Assembly: GCA_951406725.2 (NCBI GenBank)
Contig: OX597816.1
Span: 108,686,001-108,750,000 of the forward strand
From: Octopus vulgaris
Lineage: Eukaryota
DNA length: 64,000 nucleotides
Reading direction: 5' to 3'
Shown here: one piece after another, positions 53,561 to 64,000 of the stretch
How positions within the stretch are numbered: position 1 is the first letter of the stretch
Layout: each line of letters begins with the position of its first letter
Made by a program: the position numbers and the translations under genes
Notes under the pieces: generated by a model
What the model was told of the DNA's origin: nothing
Database searches by the model: none
The model's input: the letters and a program-made list of their open reading frames with translations, nothing else

Positions 53561-54029
53561 CATCATGCAAATAATTGAAATAGGCAAAGGCTTATTCATA
53601 ATGATAAACATCAATGAATCTGAAATTATGAAGAAGGCATATACTAAAAGAGCTGAATAAGTTTAATCATTTAGGACTATCATAAAAAAAGATGAGTCTT
53701 CAGAAATTGAACTGTTTATTATTTTTAGCCATTTACTATCTTCCTTGTCACCTTTTTCCATATGACACATCTGAATGGTTCAAAATGGAGAAAGGCTTGT
53801 CTTGGGGAGGGTATTGTCATTATCTTTTTGGTTCTGTTGTTGTTTGGAGGTTTTCAGTACTGTTGTGCTTTTGTGATATGGTGGCTCTTTAATGTGGTTC
53901 TTTTTTTGTTGTTGTTACTTCTGTTGCTGTTGCTTCCACTGTTGTTATTGCTGTAGCTGATGTTACTGCTACTTTTGGAGCTGTTGGTCTTACTGCTGCA
54001 GTTTCTGTTGTGGTGATAATGCTGGCAGA

Positions 54030-54300
54030 AATTGGGTTTTCCTTTTTTCTTCCTTTGTTGTGCATAGAAAGCCTTGAGATGGTTTGTGTCACTACACAAG
54101 TGACACACTGGCTCTCTGCTATCTACATCCACGAACAGTTGTGCACTACCTGGCTGACTGACCATGTTTGGGATGAATTGCATAATTACTTGATCAGTTT
54201 GGATCAATAGTTCCATCTCTTGGCCCAACTCTTTAGAGTTAATGTGGAATGCTTCCTTACCTTATCCTATTTTGTAAATCTCACCTCTACCAGGCTTAAT
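54030..54300 (-). mobile_element. LINE ORF1/gag-like zinc-knuckle relic
   Basis: ORF 53854..54228 contains VDSREPVCHLCSDTNHLKAFY, a C-x2-C-x4-H-x4-[C>Y] knuckle followed by a basic tract. Confidence 0.5.
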
Positions 54301-54600
54301 TTTTGCCCCTAGCAATGTGTTTTAGTGCCCTAGATTAGTCTGAGACATTTTCTTTTTATTTACTGCTGTGTTGCTTGCCCTATTTTCTGACTTTTAATTC
54401 CCATACTTTTGTAAAAAGCTGTTTTGTGGTTGGTTTCTTGCGAGATGGATTCTGATATATCTAGTAATATATTTTTGGCCAGACCTCATGAAGCAAAAAT
54501 ACACTGGATATGAAAAGCTCTTAAGACCCTTTACAGTTTATGTAAAACACAGAATGGAATTTTTGAACATAAAGTCTTGAAAAGACTCTACCACGTCAAT

Positions 54601-54986
54601 AACAACAACAACAACAATAATAATGGTTTCAAATTTTGTACAAGACCAGCTATTTAAAGGGAGGGGATAAGTTGATTATATCAACCCTTGGGCTCAACTA
54701 GTATTTATTTTATCAACCCCAAAAGAATGAAAGGCAAAGTTGACCTTGGTGGAACAACAACAACAACAATAATAGTTTTAAATTTTGTACAAGACCAGCT
54801 ATTTAAAGGGAGGGGATAAGTTGATTATATCAACCCTTGGGCTCAACTAGTATTTATTTTATCGACCCCAAAAGAATGAAAGGCAAAGTTGACCTTGGTG
54901 GAATTTGAACTCAATCCATAAAGAAAGACAAAATTGCTGCTAAGCATTTTGTCCTGTATTTTAATGATTCTACCAGCTCACTGCCT
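54601..54986 (-). mobile_element. SINE family B copy with ~150-bp tandem duplication of its 3' part
   Basis: ~54601-54753 is repeated almost exactly at ~54753-54903. Confidence 0.8.
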
Positions 54987-55052
54987 TAATAATAACAACA
55001 ACAACAAAATAAATAAATAAATTAAATATTCAAATATAAACTATAAACATAC

Positions 55053-55118
55053 CTGGTCTAAATGATGACATCTTCCTTTCAGTTGAGACCATGATTCATC
55101 CTTGTGGTCAATCTCAGT
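55053..55118 (-). CDS. Internal coding exon, same gene (TEIDHKDESWSQLKGRCHHLDQ)
   Basis: Long poly-T tract then caag|ACTGAG...GACCAG|gtatg. 66 nt, phase 0-0, open frame. Confidence 0.75.
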
Positions 55119-56934
55119 CTTGAAAAAAAAAAAAAAATTAGGACACTTAGATATACTGAGATTAACCAACTTAAAATAGAAATAACAATCTCTCTAAGAC
55201 AAAAATAAATGAAATAAATATTAACTGTGACCTCTGCAAGTTCAGTAATATCTAAGTTGCTATATTTACTGCTGCTATTGCTAGTGTTATCATCTCTTAC
55301 ACCCATTGATATTACTATTATATAGCAATGATATGTTGCTATGGCAGCTTTTATCAAATACTAAATCTCTGGCCTTCTTTCTTTTCATTTTTATGGTTTA
55401 GTCAAAGGAAGGAGTATTCTGCAAGATCTCTGAGATTTGCGGGACAAAGATATAGTCAATCTAACAGACTTCTATATGGAATTTCAACCATGTTTCGTGG
55501 TCTGCTACCACAACAGCTCCTTTATAGGATCCAGTTAGCTTAAGACATCATCAGGAGGAACCACGTCCGGTTTCGGCCCCTACTCCTCTACCGTTTTCAT
55601 GTGGCGGGGGCCCCCACTTTCAGAGGTGTCTTCAGCTCTGGTGTTGGGTGCATGTCTTCTTTTTTCTTTCTTCTGTTCCCTGGCCGCTTTGATGTAGCGA
55701 CAATAAGTGTCAGCAGGTGACTGACTATCTTGTCAAATTTCCCTTTAAATACCAGCTGCTAGGCTCCAGCAGGCAGCCCCAGCAAGTTGTCACATGACAC
55801 TGTTTCAACTTTAACTGACCAATGAAGGCGTGTAGTCTTAGCCCATGCGTTCTCTAAACGAGACCGTCACCTGTACAATTTCAGTCCTGTAGTATTGGTT
55901 TGACCTAAAACCAAGGTAGTAGACACTTGTTCAGATTCTGAACAGTGGAATTGAACCAGGATCCACATGATTGCAAAGGAAACATTTCAACCATACAGTC
56001 ATGCCTGCAACTTAATTGAAGTAGGAAGACTGCAGTAAAGTTTTCCTTTACATTGGAAAAGAGTCACTCCTTCAATTGAAAAAGTGTTATGTTGTTGCTG
56101 ATCAACTCAAGTCATCTTTGGTCTAAGCCAGTTTATGATCAGCTCAAATCAACTTTGGTCTGAGTCAGCTTATGATCATTGATGTTGAAATAATGAACAT
56201 AAAAGCTTTTATGTATATTTAGTACTAACATTGTCCAATGTATCGTCCCTTTTAAGAGGATAGACTGTAATTTGAAGGAGTTTAATTGCTATTTCTAGCT
56301 TGTTGAGTGACCACATAGAGGCATCTTCATGTTACCTATCCCCAGTAATACATTTAGTAATACAAGGTCTAAAATATTTCATGTGTATCATATTTAATGT
56401 TGTGGGTTTTCTTTTCTTCCCAATAAGAAAGTGGACACTAACAGAATGATGATGATGATGATGATGATGATTTGTTATTTCTATTGTTACTTTACAAGAA
56501 GAAATTACATACATTTTTAGAATTTTACTTTATTCTTTTACTGATTACTGTATTTTTGTTTTTTGACCTGGAGTCATTCTTTGGAACAGCTTTAAGGGGT
56601 TTATTGTAGATTATTGTATCTTAATTCTTACATTATCAGTCCCCCACCCGCTTTACTTAATCTCCCTGTAAGTTCCTTTCTGTTAACCAAACACAGCAGG
56701 ATGGTACAAAGATAGGGAAGCAGACAGACAAGAGGTGGGGGATATTTAACAAAATGTTATTTTGTAGGTTTGTTATTTGTATTTATTCATTTATTTATAT
56801 TTTTATTCTATTTTTATCAGATAAAACCTAAGTCATATTGGATACCCAAACATTTTAAGTCATGTTAGATAAAAATGTATAAGCTGATATATTTGTATCT
56901 ATAGCCAAATCTATGTATGCAAAATATCATCATA

Positions 56935-57375
56935 TCATACATGCACACATATACCTCCATATACATATTCACATATATATGTTTGTGTATATCTGTGTGC
57001 ATGTGTGTATACATACATACATTCATATATATATATATACATATATATATATACATATATATATATATGTATAAATGTGTGTATGTATATATATATACAT
57101 ATATATACATACACACACACTCATACTTATATACATTTGTATGCATACATACATACACACATACATACATACATACATACATATATGAGTGTGTGTGTAT
57201 GTATATGTCTGTATATACATATATGCATGATGCATATTTTTAAATATATATATGCATGTATACATATTTTTTAAATATATAAATATATATGTATATATAT
57301 CTGTATATGTATGTATGTTTGTATGTATGTATGTATGTATGTATGTGTATATGTATGTATGTGTATATATATATA
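56935..57375. repeat. Compound TA/TACA/TATG low-complexity tract
   Basis: Direct reading. Confidence 0.9.
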
Positions 57376-58935
57376 TCATCATCATCATCATCATCATTTA
57401 GCGTCCGTTTTCCATGCTAGCATGGGTTGGACGGTTCAACTGGGGTCTGGGGAGCCCGAAGGCTGCACCAGGCCAGTCAGATCTGGCAGTGTTTCTACAG
57501 CTGGATGCCCTTCCTAACGCCAACCACTCCGAGAGTGTAGTGGGTGATTTTATGTGCCACCGACACAGGTGCCAGACGAGGCTGGCGAACGGCCACGCTC
57601 GGATGGTGTTTTTATGTGCCACCGACACAGGTGCCAGACGAGGCTGGCAGACGGCCACGCTCGGATGGTGTTTTTATGTGCCACCGACACAGGTGCCAGA
57701 TGAGGCTGGCGGACGGCCACGATCGGATGGTGTTTGTTACGTCCCCAAAGCACGGAGGCCAGTCTATGCGGTACTGGCTACGGCCACGTTCGGATGATTT
57801 TCTTGTGTGCCACCGGCACTGGTACCACAAGATACAAATTCCATTGATGTTCATCTATTTTGATTTGTTTTGATTTGATTTGATTTTCACTTGCCTCAAC
57901 AGGTCTTCACAAGTGTCACAAGAAGGAAGGTATGCACAGGTGGACTGACTACGTCCCAGGTAGGGGCCACGGGTTATGGCCTGACTAGTCTTGCCGGGTC
58001 TTCGGATGGTGTTTTTATGTGCCACCGACACAGGTGCCAGATGAGGCTGGCGAACGGCCACGATCGGATGGTGTTTGTTGCGTGCCCACAGCACGGAGGC
58101 CAGTCGATGCGGTACTGGCTACGGCCACGTTCGGATGGTTTTCTTGTGTGCCACCGGCACTGGTACCACAAGATACAAATTCCATTGATGTTCATCTATT
58201 TTGATTTGAATTGATTTGATTTTCACTTGCCTCAACAGGTCTTCACAGGTCTTCACAAGTTCTTGTGTGCCACCGGCACTGGTACCACAAGATACAAATT
58301 CCATTGATGTTCATCTATTTTGATTTGATTTGATTTGATTTTCACTTGCCTCAACAGGTCTTCACAGGTCTTCACAAGTGTCACAAGAAGGAAGGAAGGT
58401 ATGCACAGGTGGACTGACTACGTCCCAAGTAGGGGCCATGGGTTATGGCCTGACTAGTCTTGCCGGGTCTTCGGTTGGTGTTTTTATGTGCCACCGACAC
58501 AGGTGCCAGATGAGGCTGGCGGACGGCCACGATCGGATGGTGTTTGTTATGTGCCCACATCACAGAGGCCAGTCGATGCGGTACTGGCTACGGCCACGTT
58601 CGGATGGTTTTCTTGTGTGCCACCGGTACTGGTACCACAAAGATACAAATTCCATTGATGTTCATCTATTTTGATTTGGTTTGATTTGATTTGATTTGAT
58701 TTTGATTTTGATTTTGATTTTTTGATTTTCACTTGCCTCAACAGGTCTTCACAAGTGTCATAAGTAGGAAGGTATGCACAGGTGGACTGACTACGTCGCC
58801 GGGTCTTCGGATGGTGTTTTTATGTGCCACCGACACAGGTGCCAGATGAGGCTGGCGAACGGCCACGATCGGATGGTTTTCTTGTGTGCCACCGGTACTG
58901 GAACCACAAAGATACAAATTCCATTGATGTTCATG
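57376..58935 (-). repeat. RTE-tailed SINE with a complex higher-order tandem array
   Basis: Tail/core at 57376-57545; 62-bp units start at ~57547, 57609, 57671; higher-order units start at ~57671, 58012, 58481, 58817. Confidence 0.88.
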
Positions 58936-59471
58936 CATACATACATGCATACATATATACATATATTCATATAAATAGATATACATACCTACACACACAC
59001 ACACACACAGACATGCATATATATATATATATATATTTATGTAATGAAACAATATATTAATGGTTATTGCATAAATTGGTCAGAATGTTACTGTCACTTT
59101 TGAAATATAGATGACTCTTCAGACATGCATACATACATACATACATACATGATGATTGCTCTATCTTCACAGATGATCGCTATCACCTTGTGCTTCCATG
59201 TTGTCAATGGCATTTCTGACTTTTCGCCCATGACCTCTCAGATGACCATTCAGTTTCAGTGCATATCTGCATGGTTTGAAGTATAGGTGACTGTTGAAAG
59301 TTGCAACTAAGCGTGCATTTCCAATTGGTTAGGATTACACGTGTTGACACTCTTCCATCACCATAAGTTTCAGTAGATGGAATAACAAATGAGGTCAACA
59401 TAAAGAGTCATCAGAGATACCTACACATACATACATACATACATACATACATACATACATACATACATACA

Positions 59472-59505
<34 letters not shown>

Positions 59506-59533
59506 GACAGGTAGTAATGCTACGTATTTCTGC

Positions 59534-59591
<58 letters not shown>

Positions 59592-59874
59592 ACATTTATT
59601 TACATGGAGCATAAAAATATACAGAAAAATAAGAAGACAATATGTAATTTCTTAATTCAACAGCTGTTTCAGGAAGTTCAGAATTATGTAATGATTATAA
59701 TAGTCATAATTTGCAGATGAAACATGCAAAAAAAAGTTATGGGTGTGCAACCAGTCACATGGAGATATTACAATAAGTCCCATTCTCCTCATCAAGAGAA
59801 GATTGGCAAAAACAATTCATATAGCAGTACCAACAAATATAAAAAGATGAAAGAAGGAACAGAGGTAGAACAGA

Positions 59875-59878
<4 letters not shown>

Positions 59879-59950
<72 letters not shown>
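59879..59950. repeat. (AG)n microsatellite
   Basis: Direct reading. Confidence 0.95.
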
Positions 59951-59957
<7 letters not shown>

Positions 59958-60931
59958 TTGGGGAAAAGTTGAAGTTAAAGTCAGTCTGATGAAAGGAAAT
60001 GCCGCTGGTGGTCAAGGTAATCTATCTAAGAAGACTACAAATCAGTTAGAGATAGCAGCTGATCAGTCAGAGAGACAGGAAGGCATCAGCAATGAAGGAA
60101 AGGAGTAGACACTACTCCTATACTTGTGTGTGTGTGTGTGTGTGTGTGAAGACATGTAGTTCAGCGGTTAGGATATTGTATTCATGATTGCAAGATTGTG
60201 GTTTCAGTTACTGGAACAGGTAGTACATTGTGTTCTTGAGCAGTATGTAGTTTCACTTTGATAAATAGCTATCTATCTCTCCATCTTGGAGTTAGAGGCT
60301 GGATCTACTCAATATTTATATGCTTCCACTACTGGTTGCATATTTCTGTAAACTACATCTGCTAAAATTATAAAGTAATTCCAATCCCTCAGAAACAGCC
60401 GTTGGACCTGTAGCACCAAACCTTTTCCTTTTTGCTCTGTTAATATATAAATATCTATATATTTATACATGAATATTCATTGTCCAAAAATTTCCAGTCT
60501 TTGCTTTCTCTCTATTTACATGTATACATGTATGTATTTTCTGTATATCTAACCCAAACAATCTTATTTGCATCATTATCTCTATATCTGTTCACCTGGA
60601 TTCCTCTTATAGCCATTCTTTACCCCACAGAATTAGTCATTGGTAAAAATTTTGGAGTGTAAGTTCAATCATTTGAGCTCCACTGTCTTCTATATTAAGC
60701 TTCTCTGGGTCTCATCTGTTGACTCTGTGTGTGTGTGTGTGTGTGTGTACATACATATATATATATCATCATCATCATTTAACGTCCATTGTCCATGTTG
60801 GTATGGGTTATATATGTATTTTATATATCTATGGGTTGGACCTGGTATCCTGCCTGCATGGAAAATGGACGTTAAGTGATGATGATGAGGATGATATATA
60901 TTATATACGTATATATTTACATACACATGTA

Positions 60932-61182
60932 CAATAATCCCTCATCATATTGCGGTTCACCTATCATGGTTCACCTATCGCAGTTCATGTATTGTGGTTT
61001 ATTATTTAAACTTACATTGATTCCTCTGTGGTGCTGTTTTGCATTTATAACAAAAGAAATATATACAAATCATAAAAATGATAAAAAATAATATACAGTA
61101 CAGTATTGTGTCTACTTTGTGAATTTTTACCTATCGTAGGGGGTTTTGCAACGTAACACCAGCAATAGTCAAGGAATTACTG
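60932..61182. mobile_element. pogo/Tigger-type MITE (degraded)
   Basis: TA|caataatccctcatcatattgc ... gcaatagtcaaggaattactg|TA imperfect TIRs. Confidence 0.55.
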
Positions 61183-62693
61183 TATACATTTCTAATCTAT
61201 TTACTCATGTATATATATATATATATATATATCAAAATAAGCAACTGGAGTGAGACAGCATGTTCTTTGCCTACCTCCTTAACTTCTTGGAGATTTTAGG
61301 TATAATTATATTAATGTGTCCATCTGTTCTAAATCAATTAAATTCTGTCTTTGTGCAGTTGAAGATTGCTTTGCATTTTAAATTGATGTAATGATTGCAT
61401 TGTTCAATTAAATGGAGTTGCATTAAACAATTGTACTGCATTACCTCTGGATATCCTTGTTGCTTATTTTGATTTTAATCACCTTACTTTGAAATTGTAT
61501 GGATAATACTGTACTAAATTCTGGTGCCTCAACTTAAGTACCATATTCATCTGAATCTAAATTTATATATATATGTATGTATGTATGTATGTGGAATGCA
61601 GATATTTTTGTGAATGTAGATATTTTTTGAGTGTCTGGTATATGTATATATGTATGTATGTATATACATACACTCACAAAAACCTGCACATTTATACACA
61701 TATATACTCATAAACACATCCATGATTGCATCTGAAGCAGATATTTCCTTTGCTATTCTCCCGCACCTATTTTATATTTTTATTCATTTTATTACTTATC
61801 AGCTTGTTTGTGTAACGAAGTTCACATTGACATTGAAAGTTTGGAAACTGCTGTCACAAAAAATACTTCTAGGAAACTACGACCAAAAAAGTTCTGTTAG
61901 CTTTTGGGAGAAGTCTGGTATTACTACTGGAAGCAAGGTGCAAAATGGCTTTTGAAGAAAAACAGATTTTCTGTCCTATATTAACAAAAGTATTTGTGAT
62001 TCTGCTGATATACTCAATACCTCTCTCTTGTAATTTTTTCTCTTTATAGTTTATCATATTTTGGCAGTCCTATCTATCAACTTACAAACTTACCCTATAC
62101 ACTGAAAAGCAGCTAAAAAAATATCCAGATAACAGGAATCCCAGGAGGGAATTAACATTTTCAGGAATGTAGTACAATTAAATCCAACTAAAGATCCAAT
62201 CTTTCGTGATATAGGAGTGATTAAAAAAATTGCTGTTAAGTACATTTATTTCTTTAGGCCAAACAAAAGACTGATGTTCATAAGTAACAAAGGTTGTAGG
62301 TTTGGCTAAATTAGTTTTAGTGCATTACTAGGAACCTCTATGTGGTGGGCATTCAGCCTGCTAGAAATACCAGCCAAATATTTTCCAAACCACAATAATG
62401 AAAACAAAGGATGTTCTAGATGAATTTTTGATCATAGGTCTGTTTAGTCAAAGGTGATTTGGGGCTAAACACCACCACCACTACCATCACTACCACTACC
62501 ATCACTACCACTACCATCACCACCACCATTATTATTATTATTAGCAGCAGCAGCAGAGGCAGCAGCAATGAAGGTAGCAACAGTAAGAGAGCAGAAAGAT
62601 AATTGCAATTGGTTCATTCAGAAGATGAGGATGATGAGGTAGAGATCTACTTCCCATCACATCATAAATAGAAAATTAAAACATGTATCTTAC

Positions 62694-62765
62694 CTTCAAT
62701 TTATCTATAATCTCTTCCTGTTTTTCTCTCTCATTCAAATGATCATGTTTCTTACTTTCCAAACT
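62694..62765 (-). CDS. Internal coding exon of a coiled-coil protein gene (SLESKKHDHLNEREKQEEIIDKLK)
   Basis: Minus strand reads aatttcag|AGTTTG...TTGAAG|gtaag. 72 nt, phase 0-0, open frame, E/K-rich and helical; joins in frame to the 55053-55118 exon. Confidence 0.75.
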
Positions 62766-62794
62766 CTGAAATTAAAATAGGAGGTGAGAGAAAT

Positions 62795-62795
<1 letters not shown>

Positions 62796-62833
<38 letters not shown>

Positions 62834-62851
62834 CTGATAATAATAATGCTG

Positions 62852-62927
<76 letters not shown>

Positions 62928-62941
62928 TAATAATAATGCTG

Positions 62942-62998
<57 letters not shown>

Positions 62999-62999
62999 C

Positions 63000-63053
<54 letters not shown>

Positions 63054-63088
63054 CAACAACAACAGCCACAACAATAACAATAATAATA
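62796..63088. repeat. Long interrupted (AAT)n microsatellite
   Basis: Direct reading; source of the poly-I/L/N pseudo-ORFs. Confidence 0.95.
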
Positions 63089-64000
63089 GTAATTATTATT
63101 ATTATTTCTTTTATTTTCTGCCAGGGTGATGAATAAGGCATAATGGGTTGGGGTTTACAAAGAATGAAATGATAAAAAAAAAATGTAGAAAGTATGCGGC
63201 AGGTACAAAATAAGAAAATATACATAGTATACATCAGTTAGAAAAAGGATGAAGATGATGTGATCCTCCTGATACAGGAGGACATCTAGGGACAACCATA
63301 CCCCTCCCCCCCATCCAAGATCTCACTGAACTCCTTGAACTCCAAAGGTAAGTGCCCTCTCCACTTTCTGTTCTCCAACTTACAGGCCTACACTTAGAGC
63401 AGTGTCATCCACTTTGCCATTTTTGCATCTTCCACCCACCTTTCAATAAATTCTGTTGATGATAACACATCCCTCTCAATCTTCCCTTTTCTTTTCAAAT
63501 GAACCTTGAAGAAGTCAATGAGGAATCAACCAAAGAAGAAGAATGGCTCTGTCCTCATACCTTTCAGCCTTGATCACCAGATAAAGGAAAAATGCTTTAC
63601 CTGTCCTATTAGACAAAGGCAGTGGGGCAATCATAACTAAGGCATTGGCTGATAGATGAATCTGTCTCACATGCAACAGCAGCTGTTCAACATAACTTCA
63701 CAAGACAGCAATGCATAGACATTGAACAAGTGTGTGAAGAATAGTTTTGTTGCTCTGCGAATACCTCAGACAAGCCCACCTTTAGTTCCTTTGTGTGTGA
63801 CTATGCAGCCTTCATGTTTCAACTGAAAAAAATGTTCAAGGGTCATTTTCACAGCTAGCACATCAGTCACTATGCCTTTACTAAACACCTCTTCTAGGTT
63901 GCTCATGAGTTTTCCCCTCTAATCTATTTCTTTCTACAGCTAGTTCTTTGCTAAATACTATTGATTCTATCCTCTTTAGGGTGGCCAGCTGTTGACAGTT

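Noticed and set aside
57547-58935. Repeat array superficially like a CRISPR array
   Set aside because: No unique spacers, units of 62 bp or larger, no cas genes, eukaryotic context, and it is attached to a retroposon tail.
62752-63234. Poly-Ile/Leu ORFs
   Set aside because: Translation of the (AAT)n microsatellite.
63240-63900. Possible degraded LINE endonuclease region (also possible LINE 3' end at ~2950-3370)
   Set aside because: Only faint motif resemblance; no continuous frame could be supported by eye.

Overview
Eukaryotic, AT-rich, repeat-dense DNA; the SINE, MITE and microsatellite repertoire is consistent with an octopod cephalopod (inference). No prokaryotic-type genes or CRISPR arrays were seen, and nearly all ORFs in the supplied track are artefacts of microsatellites or repeats. 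The window holds 4-5 small, phase-compatible GT-AG exons of one minus-strand coiled-coil protein gene (62694-62765, 55053-55118, 41355-41516, 16740-16819, possibly 12349-12526), separated by long introns. The introns and flanks contain several tRNA-type SINE families, degraded RTE-like LINEs, mariner/pogo/hAT-like relics, a GGATC-terminated MITE/foldback family with 8-bp TSDs and internal TTAGGG tracts, several long inverted repeats, and a higher-order tandem array attached to an RTE-type tail. The most notable observations are two Pol III RNA chimeras. One is a TSD-flanked U6 snRNA/RTE-tail retro-chimera (10677-10796). The other is a 5S rRNA head joined to the tail used by the dominant tRNA-SINE (SINE3-like, 4645-4815). 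Minimal hammerhead-like relics also occur. All coordinates were read by eye; repeat boundaries are approximate.
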